In this document: positions 1-9,978 of the stretch, piece after piece
Layout: every line of letters begins with the position of its first letter
Numbering within the stretch: position 1 is the stretch's first letter
NCBI GenBank assembly: GCA_963727625.1
Contig: CAVSHR010000009.1
Coordinates: 449,140-513,139, forward strand
Direction: 5' to 3'
Origin: an uncultured delta proteobacterium
GTDB taxonomy: Bacteria > Desulfobacterota > Binatia > UBA9968
Length of the DNA stretch: 64,000 bases
Program-made: the position numbers and the translations under genes
The notes under the pieces: model-generated
What the model was told of the DNA's origin: nothing
The model's input: only the letters and a program-made list of their open reading frames with translations
Database searches by the model: none

Positions 1-590
1 TGGTCGAAGGCGAGGAACACCTCAAGTCGGCGCTGCGTGAAGGGCGCGGCGCATTTCTGTTATCGGGACACTTTTACGGCTTCGAGCGGATTGTCGCCCC
101 GGCGTTGGCCGAGCGCGGCTACCGCATGAACCGCACCGGCTTCGGCTGGCGCGGCGACGACATCTCGGAGCGCTGGGGCAAAGGAAGCTATGCCCGTTGG
201 GAACATATCAACTACGGCGACGATCGCCGCCAACGTCTGCAGGCACTCGCAAAGATCGAGCGCGCGCTTGGGCGCAACGAGGTCGTCCATTTATCCATAC
301 GCGGATTTTCTCAAGGCGAGCCGCAGTTCGAGATCCCGTTTTTCTACGGAAGGTTTTTTCTCGATGGGCGGCTGCTTGAAACTCTCGAACTTTTAGAGGC
401 GCCGGTACTGCCCTGCTTCGCCCTGTCGGATGAGCGGGGCCGGTTCGTTATCCGCTTGTATCCTGCCGCGCCGCCGAGAAGAGCCGAGATCATGTCCGGA
501 TTCGGACAACGCTACGCCGGTTATCTTCGAGACCATCCCGAGTTTGCCCAAATCTGGAAAAACGTCGCCCAGAAACGAAAGGAATGGTGA
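1..590 (+). CDS. Lysophospholipid/lipid A acyltransferase family protein (LpxL-like), 5' end outside the window
   Basis: Frame is open from base 3: VEGEEHLKSALREGRGAFLLSGHFYGFE; C-terminal YLRDHPEFAQIW resembles the family's P.QW motif. Confidence 0.65.
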   Translation, partial: VEGEEHLKSALREGRGAFLLSGHFYGFERIVAPALAERGYRMNRTGFGWRGDDISERWGKGSYARWEHINYGDDRRQRLQALAKIERALGRNEVVHLSIRGFSQGEPQFEIPFFYGRFFLDGRLLETLELLEAPVLPCFALSDERGRFVIRLYPAAPPRRAEIMSGFGQRYAGYLRDHPEFAQIWKNVAQKRKEW

Positions 591-685
591 CGTGGATAAG
601 CGCAGCGATCCTTTTCTGCGCGGCGGCGAACGTAGATTCCCGGAAGTTGACCGGAAAAACCTTTCCAAGTACGATGTTTTCTCAC

Positions 686-871
686 ATGACCGCCATCGCT
701 AAAAAATTGGACGCTAAAATGAGCCGCTGGACGCCGGAAACCGCGAAGAAGGTCGAGAAGCTGGTCGCTGAAATTATCGAATTGGCCGATAATGACGCGC
801 TCGACTTGGTCCGGTCCCGGCAAGTCGAACAGGAAGTTCTAAACATCATCGATGGCCGCAAAGCCGGGTGA
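686..871 (+). CDS. Putative antitoxin of the downstream PemK/MazF toxin
   Basis: 61-aa ORF MTAIAKKLDAKMSRW... whose 3' end overlaps the toxin start. Confidence 0.6.
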   Translation: MTAIAKKLDAKMSRWTPETAKKVEKLVAEIIELADNDALDLVRSRQVEQEVLNIIDGRKAG

Positions 872-1169
872 AGTTTGGCTCGCTGATCTAGGACTCACCG
901 CTAAAACCCGCCCCGTGATAATTGTCTCCCGCGGGGATCCCGATGCGCCTCGGGCCCCTGTTACGTACATTCCCCTGACGACCCAAAATCGCAATAGCCG
1001 TTACGAAATCGATGTGGGCAAACTCAGGTTTCTTAGAGAAACCTCCGTTGCCAATGTTCAGGGCATCGGTTCAATTACTTCGGTTCGTCTTCAGCGAAAG
1101 CTCGGCGTACTTCCCAATGATGTTCTAAATAGGGTAAAGGACGCTGTGAGATTTGCTCTCGATTTCTAG
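852..1169 (+). CDS. Type II toxin, PemK/MazF family endoribonuclease
   Basis: KPGEVWLADLG...KTRPVIIVS...YIPLT...SVANVQGIGSI...RLQRKLG; 105 aa. Confidence 0.88.
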   Translation: MAAKPGEVWLADLGLTAKTRPVIIVSRGDPDAPRAPVTYIPLTTQNRNSRYEIDVGKLRFLRETSVANVQGIGSITSVRLQRKLGVLPNDVLNRVKDAVRFALDF

Positions 1170-1361
1170 ATTGCAGAGGCGAGAGGGAGAGCCCGGAGCG
1201 CCACATCGACACTGGAAGCCGGACGACGGCGCCGCCGAGATCGAAGAGTAGCGCGAGTCGGCCGATGGGCAAGGCCTTGACCGTAACTTTTCCTCGGCTA
1301 AGAGTGTCGGTGAGCAAGCCCGGGGGCGCAGAAATGACAGTCGCGCCGCCGTAATCGTCCC

Positions 1362-2370
1362 ATGCCGATTCAGATCGATCGGAAAAAAGCCGAGAGTCTC
1401 GCAGCTCAATTCGACGAAGCGCTCGACCTCGCGCGCAACGAATTCGACGGGCTCGACCCGCACCGCCAGTACCGAAACGCTTTCCACCGGCTGCTCAAGC
1501 CCGATCCGCTCGGGCGGGTGCTGATGATGGGCACCGACCAGCGCGACATGTTCGTGCCGGAGCTTCGCCGCGCCATCGAAACGTCGGTGCCGAGCGGCGG
1601 TCACGTCTTCGACTTCGGCGCCGGCGACGGTCAAACCTTCGCCCTGGTCGCCGATGCGGTGCCGCAGGGCACCCGCGTCTCCCTCGAGGAGCCCAATCCC
1701 GAATACCTCGCGAACTACCGCGCCTTTTTGAAAACCAAGGCGCATCTGCGGCCCGGCATGGCGCTGGCCGCGGAGTTCGACGAGATCGACGCGGCGGCCG
1801 AGCGCTCTGGGGAAACGCTGCCGTCGGACCGCAGCATCGACCTCGGCCTCGCCCTGCACATGATCTATTTCGTCAACGACGTCCCCGCCACCATTAAAAG
1901 GATGGTGCGCTTCTTGAAGCCCGGCGGCGTGCTGTTCGTGGTCGTGACCGACGAAACCGTCGGCTATACCGGCCTCGCGCTCAAAAGTTTTATCGAACGG
2001 GGCGGTGATACCGGCGACAACGCCAAGCAACTCTCGGTCATCGCCGAGCGCCGCCGCTTGCTCGGGACTGCCCGCCGAAGGCGGCGGCGCGATCGCCGAA
2101 CTGCTCGCTGCCGCCGGCACGCCGGTGGAAATCGAAGTGCGGCTTCAGCCGAGCCGGCTCTACGGCCACAACCTCGCCGACATGATCGCGCTCTCCTCCA
2201 TCGCGGTCCTCGCCGGCGTCGAAGGCGTCGAAAAGTTCGAGGCCGCCGCGGCCTTGCTGCGCCACGATCCCAAAGCCGTCGACCTGCGCATTGAAGACGA
2301 CGGCCCCCGCAAAGGCATGTGGAGCGTCACCCAACCCCAATGGGTCGCCGCCCTTCGAACGCGCGGATAA
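1362..2370 (+). CDS. Class I SAM-dependent methyltransferase, frameshifted near 2065-2075
   Basis: VFDFGAGDG SAM motif, HMIYF, LKPGGVL; the frame continues in ORF 2005-2370. Confidence 0.75.
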
Positions 2371-2495
2371 CCGATCTCCACTTGATTAGACCGACAAAGA
2401 GCGCCTAAGACTCGTCTCCAGCGACTACCGGCGTTTGTCGTCGTTCCTACTTCGGATTTCGGGTTATTTTCCATCAATTAACAGTCTCTACATTA

Positions 2496-2846
2496 TCACC
2501 TCAACCGAATCGGCGGCACGTCCTGAGCGGCATTGCGATAAACCGTTAAGGGAAATATCGTTGTTCGATTTACACGTAATTCGTAGATGCCTGGCGATAT
2601 GTTTCTCAAATAATACAAACCATCCGGCCCAGTGTGAGCAGTGCGGATTATTCTCCGCGACTGGATTAGCTCGACTTGTGCCCCAAAATACGGAACGGGT
2701 TGCTGACTGTATCTATTCTCACGGTAAACACCGCCGCGAATATCCGCAGCCATCGCTTGCGAGGCCGTTAGGGTTAAAAGCAACAGAATGTTAGCCAAAC
2801 CAACGATAGGGTGAACGCGACGTATCGGTAGTTTGCGAAAAAACAT
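2496..2846 (-). CDS. Secreted protein with carboxypeptidase-regulatory-like (prealbumin-like) fold
   Basis: Signal peptide, then IRGGV...GAQVEL...HTGPDGLYYLRNISPGIYELRV; AGGAGG RBS upstream. Confidence 0.6.
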   Translation of the reverse strand: MFFRKLPIRRVHPIVGLANILLLLTLTASQAMAADIRGGVYRENRYSQQPVPYFGAQVELIQSRRIIRTAHTGPDGLYYLRNISPGIYELRVNRTTIFPLTVYRNAAQDVPPIRLR

Positions 2847-2847
2847 G

Positions 2848-3525
2848 TTACTCACCTCCTTTTTCACTCATGACCATATGCGCTGAACTGGTTTCGATTG
2901 GTTCTCGATGAGTTAAATTTGGAGCCATTGAATTGTAAACATTGTTGCGTTCCGTGCTTTTCGTTTGACGTAGCACTATCGGTCTCGGCAGATGAATCGT
3001 CCTTTTGAAGTTGTCTCTGATAGCCTTCGGGTCAGAAACCTCTTCAGCAAGATCAAGGTGAGCAGGTAAAAATCCCGGTAGACCAACGAGAATGCTTGGC
3101 CAATCTTCCGGACGAACAAGGGGGATTCGCATATCAAAGAGATTTCCCGCGGTTTGATCACGATCCGGCTTAAAAAACACGGTCAAAGCATTAAGGTCGC
3201 CCGGCTCTAAAGGAATTTTTTTGTTATGCTCGTCAAGCAAGTCAATCGTGGCTCTGATTTTCCACGCAGGAAATGTCATTGCATTAATTAGACGTGTGGT
3301 ATCAACGATCAAGAAAACCCCTATTCCTGCGGTCACGATATAAGCGGCAAATGCGCCAGTAGCTTTTACTGTCCAATTTTGGAAGGGCCCGGTAACAGCT
3401 ACCTTGGTTTCGGGAAAGAGCTTGTAGATTATAGCTGTTGGGATGAGAGGTAGGAGAAGGAAAAGTATATAAAGGAAAAACTCCAAAACAACGGCAACGA
3501 TGTTTACATCCAAATGTTCGACCAT
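2848..3525 (-). CDS. Hypothetical membrane protein with two N-terminal TM helices
   Basis: 225-aa ORF with a hydrophobic N-terminus, a GGGAGG RBS and AT-rich sequence; abuts the next gene. Confidence 0.65.
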   Translation of the reverse strand: MVEHLDVNIVAVVLEFFLYILFLLLPLIPTAIIYKLFPETKVAVTGPFQNWTVKATGAFAAYIVTAGIGVFLIVDTTRLINAMTFPAWKIRATIDLLDEHNKKIPLEPGDLNALTVFFKPDRDQTAGNLFDMRIPLVRPEDWPSILVGLPGFLPAHLDLAEEVSDPKAIRDNFKRTIHLPRPIVLRQTKSTERNNVYNSMAPNLTHREPIETSSAHMVMSEKGGE

Positions 3526-3989
3526 TTTTCACCTCCCGCTATTTTCCATTCTTACTGAGGTCGCTAAGAACGGGTTTCCCAGGGAACACAGGCCTTCAGA
3601 TCTTGAACGCGCTTTGGATTATATCCTTGGCAGGTTGCCCCCCTTCTATTACGACGGGATTGCAGCGACTACCTTTCGTAACACTTAATCAGCAATGCTA
3701 GTGCCAGTCGCCGGGCGTCGTCCCATATGTCTTGAGGGGTGCGAATATTCAGAGGAAACGTGCTGTGCGCGTGTGAAGTTGTTTTGGCGTTCGTCAGTGG
3801 CGTCAACTTCTGGGTACACAGCCGTATCCGAAAGTTTACAACGAAGACGCTACAACCGAATCGAGATTATCGGATTGATCCAACGCTTTTTTGAGCGCGC
3901 CAGCTAGAGTCAAAATGCGGTACCCAGGGTCTAACGGAGTTCCTTGGCAAAGTACGCGGCTATTGTACGCTCCGCATTTCGGATTGAAA

Positions 3990-4101
3990 CGTTTGGAGCA
4001 CTTGGAACCGCCGGAACGTTTGGAACCGCTCAACGGTTTGAACGACCTAGACGGACCCCGGACTTGATCCGGGGAATTGAACGACTCGAACGGTTTGAAC
4101 C
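3990..4101. repeat. Intergenic TTGGAAC/TTGAAC short tandem repeats around a CCCCGGACTTGATCCGGGG palindrome
   Basis: ttggagcacttggaaccgccggaacgtttggaacc...ccccggacttgatccgggg...ttgaacgactcgaacggtttgaacc. Confidence 0.6.
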
Positions 4102-4145
4102 TCACTCTCGATTCGTAGTAAGCGCAAGCTACGGAGGACACCGTC

Positions 4146-4694
4146 ATGATCGCGAACGATATCTTGCTTGACGCTTTTACCCGCGTCCACGAGTCGCTGC
4201 ACCGTACGTTGGGCGACATTACGGCGGAGGAACTGGTTAAAGAGCCGCATCCATCGGTCGGGTGGCTCGCCTGGCGCATCAGTCGAGTCATGGACGCCAA
4301 TGTCTCCCGGCTTTCCGTCCGCGAGCAGCTATGGATCGGCGCAGGATGGGCTGCCCGGTTCGCTATGCCGCCCGAACCGGCGGACTATGGTCGATCGGCG
4401 AGACACACGCGCGAGCAAGTCAACTCTTTCCGCGCTTCCGCGCAGCAGCTCCTCGACTATCACGATGCGGCGTATGAGCGGATGAAAACCTATCTCAAGT
4501 CAGTATCCGCCGACGAGCTCGCACGAGAGCTCGATGAGCCCCAATATGACCCGCGCCCAACGGTAGCTGTGCGCTTGGTCAGCGTCTTGGAGAATGCCAT
4601 GACCAACGAGGGGCAGATCAGTTATTTGAAAGCCTACCACCGCCTCGGCGGCTGGTTCCCGCGCGAAGCCAAGGATCCAGCGAGCGTCCGCTGA
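4146..4694 (+). CDS. DinB family protein
   Basis: PSVGWLAWR...QLWIGAGWAARF...LLDYHDA...L.RELDEP...TVAVRLVSV...GQISY; GGAGG RBS. Confidence 0.75.
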   Translation: MIANDILLDAFTRVHESLHRTLGDITAEELVKEPHPSVGWLAWRISRVMDANVSRLSVREQLWIGAGWAARFAMPPEPADYGRSARHTREQVNSFRASAQQLLDYHDAAYERMKTYLKSVSADELARELDEPQYDPRPTVAVRLVSVLENAMTNEGQISYLKAYHRLGGWFPREAKDPASVR

Positions 4695-5050
4695 CAGAAC
4701 CGCGCTCTTACATTGACCACGCGTGGTGGGACCGACGAAAATCCGAAATGTGTCAATTCAAGACGTCTCTACCTGTCTGCTACCTGTTCTCAAAAGCTCG
4801 CTTGAAGAAGCCATCCAACATTAAGTCAATACTCAGGCCCGACCCCAAATTTGACCTGCGCCGCAACTCGGCGTTTATTATCTATAAATTTATACCTCGG
4901 TATCAACAGGAAGGGATGGGGAAGTAAGAGAGGAGTGCTGAAACAGGACTTGATTGGCCTTAGCCGCGCCAATCACCTACGCAGCCCAGCAAAGCTGAGA
5001 GACAAATCGGCCTCCCTGCGGAGATGGACAATATGGCTTGACCGGCAAAA

Positions 5051-6222
5051 CTATTCCTCGTTATTTCGAGACAAATACCGTACCAGATCATTGACCTCTT
5101 CGATGGGATCAAGTTGGTAAACCGTCGTCGTGGCAGCGACCGGAGAATGTTCGCTCAATGCCTGCGCAAGATCCGTCAATCGCGAAAGTGACTCATGGCA
5201 GTAAACAAGTGCGTCTTTTTGGTTTCCACTACCTTGTGTGCTTGCGTATGCCTCCAACATCGAGGCAAAATCCTCGAAATAGTCTTCGGCCGAACGGAGC
5301 TTTAAAATTGCGTTGGGGTTCGAGGGCAGCGGACGGTTGTGTAAGGCACGTCTTCGGAACCGATGGAAAAAACGCGGGTTTGGGCAAATAGCCGCCTTTG
5401 TGCCCTTGCCAGCGGCGCCGCGTGCATTACCAGATCGCGGTAGGCCCCAAGTTCCTGAAGCCATCCGTCTTCCTGCATTGCCGAACGTAGGGATAGCGTC
5501 AATGCGTCCGAATCACCAATTTGCTGCAACATTTTCTTGAGACTTGCCGCCGTGCTCACGGCGATTCCCGTCATTCCTACTTTGGGGCCGTAGATAAAGT
5601 GCGCAGCGAACTCAGCCAGACGATCTCGAAGGACACATGCGTCGAATAGAAATCCATGAATGGCTGCGTAAGATTGCCATACCCAAAGATTGTCGTAGCC
5701 GCTGATTCCAGAATCAATCTTGGCGCCTTCAAGTACCCGGCTCCTAAGTTGCCGAAAGTATGCCTCACAAACCTCGCTGAGGCGCCATTCGCAAATCCTG
5801 AGTTGGTACGCGATGCGAGCAGCGAGGTCGAACAGCCTTCCCCTCTTTTCGGTATGCGCAGACCGGCTGATACCACGCCAATCTTGGATAACATCGAAGG
5901 CCCAGACGCTTTTCGGGTGACGATGAAAAAATCGCCATTCAGTGGGAGAGAGACCATCCCCCTGGTCGGTACCAACTACAAACTCGACTCCGATAATGTG
6001 CAGTTTGTGCGACTCAATCACGGAATATAACGACCTGAAATCCGGCAGGGCCATTCGCAGGGTTTTGCCGGACGCGCTGTTTGGAACGATCTCAAAGTAT
6101 GGTTCAAAGTTGCAGATCGCCCGACAACCCCCGCCCAAATGTACAATCCGCGCCGCCGGCCATTTAGTTGTTGCTCCGGGGAGTTTTTGCCGTTCTGTAA
6201 TGGTCAGTTTCGGCTGATCCAT
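5051..6222 (-). CDS. Hypothetical protein with a probable HEPN domain (RX4H), frameshifted near 5330
   Basis: FLFDACVLRDRLA and YRDLVMH motifs; C-terminus continues in ORF 5051-5464. Confidence 0.5.
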
Positions 6223-6356
6223 TTTGCCTCTTTATCATCCAGCAAACCCGCAATAAATAGGATGAGCGCAAGAGAATTGGGGTCACGTCTTTAATCTTGA
6301 TATTCGTACATGGTACGATCGCAATCTTTGCTTTTGCCATTCCAAGGTCGCAATCT

Positions 6357-7280
6357 TTACGACTCCTCGAAGTAATCGGAGTCAAGACGCTTGACCTCGT
6401 ACGCTGTCGCCCTTGTCACCCCGACGCCGTGATCGATCATCAAATTACAAAGTCGCGTCCCATTGATAAGCACGATACGGCTGTCGATCATCGCCGCGTA
6501 GTCGTTTGCGTCTTTCGTGAAATCCGACGTGGTTATGAAGATTCCTTTCTTTGCACGCTGGCCTTGAAGCGCGCCGGCGAACTTTTGAATCTCTGGGCGG
6601 CCGACGGTTCCTTCCCAGCGTTTCGCCTGGACATAGATAACATCGAGCCCAAGTCGATCTTCATTGATGACACCATCTATTCCGCCATCCCCGGCCCTGC
6701 CGACCGTGCGGCCCGCGTCTTGGCGCGATCCGCCGTAACCCATCGCCAGCAGCAACTCGACGACCAGCTTTTCAAAGAATGCCGGTGAACCGTCCTTTAC
6801 TTTTGCCAGCAAGTCGGTTGCAAGTTGGTCTATAATCCTTTGGTAGCCGTATTCCAGGTGATCCTCGGGCGTCCATTTGTCGGTCTCTGGAATGCTTTGC
6901 GGTACCCCTTCCGATTTCGGCTCACCGATTTCGTTCTTCGGTTCGCGGAATTCGACGTATTCCGGAAATTGATTGAGGACGCGTAGGTCGACGCGTGTTG
7001 GATTTGCTTTCACAACTTCCAATCCACGCGGCCGAATTCTGTAATACCCGCGTTTCGGCGATTCAATTAGGCCAGCCGCCTTTAGATGGCTCTTGGCCCA
7101 GGCAATCCGGTTGGTAAATACTGCTTGCAGTCCGCTTGGTAATCGTTGGGCAAGCTAATCGTCCGTGAGCAGAAAATGCTCTGCGAGAGACTTCAGCGTC
7201 TCCTGATTCGAGTGCTCATTGCCGTCACTCAGATGCTTGAGCAACGGAAGCATGATCGTTTGAAAATCGGGGATCGGCAC
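6357..7280 (-). pseudogene. mrr: Mrr type IV restriction endonuclease with an in-frame TAG at codon 42 (7155-7157)
   Basis: Mrr_N (PIPDFQTIMLPLL...FTNRIAWAKSHLKAAGL) is in frame with Mrr_cat (FFEKLVVELLLAMGYG, DGGIDG, YVQAKRW, KGIFITTS). Confidence 0.9.
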
Positions 7281-7434
7281 AAACCTCCCGGTAGCCGACA
7301 AAACACTTGATGGTCGCGTATTCTACTCGCAAAAATAGATCGGTCAAACGGCCCTTTCGAAAGTCTCAGTAACTTGAATCCGGTCCCGTGGGCGTTAAGG
7401 TGCAGGTACTATCTTTACTTGAACGGAGCGGATT

Positions 7435-7989
7435 ATGGCCAAATGGTTTTTCGAACCGGGGCATACGGCGGCGGAGTTTAGTGTGCGTCACATGATGGTG
7501 ACTTTTGTCCGCGGCCATTTCAAAGATATTCACGGCACCCTTATCTTCGATCCCGCGGACCCGGGCGCGACTTCCGTCGAGGCCACGATCGAAGCGTCTG
7601 GAATCTGGACGGGTGAAGCAGCGCGCGACGCCCACCTCAAGAGCGAGGATTTTCTGGACGTGGAGAAACATCCGAAGATCACTTTCGCAGGGAAGCAGGT
7701 CGAACTGGCCGGCGCGAACGAAGCGGTTCTCACGGGCGCGCTGACAATTCGAGGTATAACGCGCACGGTGCCGCTGCGCGTCCATTATCTAGGACAGTGG
7801 CAGACTCCATGGTGGGAAGAGGGTGTCGACAAGGGACCGAAAGCCAGGGCCGGCTTTGCCGCCACCGCCACGATCAATCGCCACGACTTCGGCGTGAGCT
7901 GGAACAGCACCCTGGACAGGGGCGGCGTCGTTGTCGGCAACATGGTTGAGATCACGATCGACGCCGAAGCGATCCTCCAAGAAGGATGA
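7435..7989 (+). CDS. YceI family protein
   Basis: HTAAEFSVRHMMVTFVRGHF...RDAHLKSEDFLDVEKHPKITF...INRHDFGVSWN. Confidence 0.92.
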   Translation: MAKWFFEPGHTAAEFSVRHMMVTFVRGHFKDIHGTLIFDPADPGATSVEATIEASGIWTGEAARDAHLKSEDFLDVEKHPKITFAGKQVELAGANEAVLTGALTIRGITRTVPLRVHYLGQWQTPWWEEGVDKGPKARAGFAATATINRHDFGVSWNSTLDRGGVVVGNMVEITIDAEAILQEG

Positions 7990-8181
7990 TCGCGCACAGC
8001 TTCTTCGAAAGTTCCAGTAGCCAGCGGCGCGTTTCTGACTCACTCAGACGACAGCGAAGCTCTGAGAATCACGCATGAGTTATTGATTTATTTTTTGTCC
8101 GATAGCCGCTGAACCTCGCCGTCAAGGCCGTTGCGATCGGTTAAATTGAATACCGGGATACAAAGAGATATTGAGGCAAGC

Positions 8182-8976
8182 ATGGCGGCCGAAGTGAGAA
8201 TGGGCGAGCTTACCGCGGATTTCGGAAAGACCGCCGCGGACTACGGAAAACATCGGGCGGGTTTTCCGCCGGAGTTGTTCGATCGTCTCGCGGCGATGGG
8301 CATCGTCCGAGCCGGCATGCGCACGCTTGATCTGGGAACGGGAACCGGGACGATCGCGCGGAGTCTCGCGCAGCGCGGCTGTGAATCGACCGGTCTGGAT
8401 CGGTCGGCGCCGTTGATGGAGGAAGCGCGCCGCATCGATCGCGCAGCTGGCGTCACGGTTCGCTACGTCGAAGCGGCGGCCGAAGACACGGGTTTTCCCG
8501 AAGCGAGCTTCGACCTGGTCATCGCCGGAGAGTGCTGGCATTGGTTCGACGGGCCGCGCGCGGCGAGCGAAGCGCGGCGGGTCGTGAAACCCGGCGGCAG
8601 TCTCGTGATCGCGCATTTCGATTGGATTCCGCTCCCTGCCAACGTCTCTGAGCTGACGGAAAATCTGATTAAGAGACATAATCCGAAATGGAACCTCGGC
8701 GGCAGTATGGGGATTCATCCACGCTGCCTCGCCGATATGTCGTTGGCGGGATTTCGCCGCCTGGAGACCTTCTCTTTCGACCTCGACATCCCCTACTCGC
8801 ACGAGGCCTGGCGCGGGCGCTTTCGCGCCAGCGCCGCCGTCGGCGCGAGTCTTTTGCCCGAAGGCGTGGCGGCGTTCGACCGCGACCTGCAGGCGCAGCT
8901 CGCCGAGAAGTTTCCCCAAGAGCCGCTCGCCGTGCTTCATCGCGTCTTCGCCGCGGTCGGCAAAGCCCCGGAATAA
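8182..8976 (+). CDS. Class I SAM-dependent methyltransferase (Methyltransf_11 type)
   Basis: LDLGTGTG, FDLVIAGECWHWF, VVKPGG. Confidence 0.88.
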   Translation: MAAEVRMGELTADFGKTAADYGKHRAGFPPELFDRLAAMGIVRAGMRTLDLGTGTGTIARSLAQRGCESTGLDRSAPLMEEARRIDRAAGVTVRYVEAAAEDTGFPEASFDLVIAGECWHWFDGPRAASEARRVVKPGGSLVIAHFDWIPLPANVSELTENLIKRHNPKWNLGGSMGIHPRCLADMSLAGFRRLETFSFDLDIPYSHEAWRGRFRASAAVGASLLPEGVAAFDRDLQAQLAEKFPQEPLAVLHRVFAAVGKAPE

Positions 8977-9112
8977 ATCCACAGCTCACCGCGCTTCGGG
9001 GTGAGGCCTTCAATCATTGGCAAGCTCCGCGGAACGACCGGTTTGCGCCTTTCATCGATGCATGGCGCCGAAAGAACAGGAAGCGCTTAGCGGCTCGGCC
9101 GCGATCTTTGGC

Positions 9113-9796
9113 TCAGCAACATCCGGGACCCGCCGAGCGTGCGTGCCGATCTTTGGTTTCCTCGAGGTAACGTTGCGCCCATCCCCGCCAGCTCTCCGAG
9201 ATGCGAGGAACGGCGAGCAATCGCTCAACTTCTTCTCGGTCTCGAGTATAGATGCGAAATATGTCTCGCACCGTCATATCGTGCGCCGGTCTTTCGATGA
9301 TCCTGATCCCATCTCCGGCACCGACCGCGCCCTCGACGATGATGCGCAGGTAGGTCCCGGGTCGCAGCGCTTCGGTAAATCGGCGCACAAACCCCTGATC
9401 GTTCATCCGAACTCCCAGCCTCCAGCAAGGGATCCGCGGTTCGGATACTTCAAATACGGCGGTGCCGATTTCCCAACGCTCGCCGACGAGCGCGTCGTTC
9501 ACCGCGACTCCTTCCGTCGTGAGATTTTCCCCAAACTCGCCGTATTGAAGCGATCGGCCGAGTTTTTCTTCCCACCACCGCATGTCTTCTATGGCATAGG
9601 CATACACCGATTTGTCCGGTCCTCCGTGCGCTTTACGATCGGCCTGGTCGTCCCCTTCGAGGTTGACGCCTCGGGCCGCGATCCGGCCGGCAACCGGCGA
9701 TTTCCAAATCGCGCTTTTGGCCGGCCGACCGTTATAACCAAACTCGCGCGGCCGTCCAACGTTGACCGATAGAACTCTCGCGTTGGCAGCTTCCAT
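9113..9796 (-). CDS. MOSC domain protein with 3-alpha domain (YiiM-like)
   Basis: LEGDDQADRKAHGGPDK, FGENLT, EPRIPCWRL. Confidence 0.9.
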   Translation of the reverse strand: MEAANARVLSVNVGRPREFGYNGRPAKSAIWKSPVAGRIAARGVNLEGDDQADRKAHGGPDKSVYAYAIEDMRWWEEKLGRSLQYGEFGENLTTEGVAVNDALVGERWEIGTAVFEVSEPRIPCWRLGVRMNDQGFVRRFTEALRPGTYLRIIVEGAVGAGDGIRIIERPAHDMTVRDIFRIYTRDREEVERLLAVPRISESWRGWAQRYLEETKDRHARSAGPGCC

Positions 9797-9978
9797 GGGT
9801 TTCTCCTTCCTTTACAGTTTGTCGCCAATCTCCGCAAAAAAAAACCACCTCGCTTTTCGCTCTCGTCGATCCAAATCACTGCACTCATCGGGGACGCTCC
9901 ATAGCAAAACAACTTGCCGTAGCGTCTCTTGAGGGTCAAGCCGTTTTAGGGAGACGATTCCGGTCGGCCGCTCGTGCT

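Noticed and set aside
1125-2120. Long antisense ORFs (also 8122-8982, 10761-11666, 14221-15021, 20742-21581)
   Set aside because: They overlap well-supported genes on the opposite strand and are typical high-GC shadow ORFs with no motifs.
3990-4101. Possible CRISPR array
   Set aside because: The units are 6-9 bp and degenerate, with no constant 23-47 bp repeat, no unique spacers and no cas genes.
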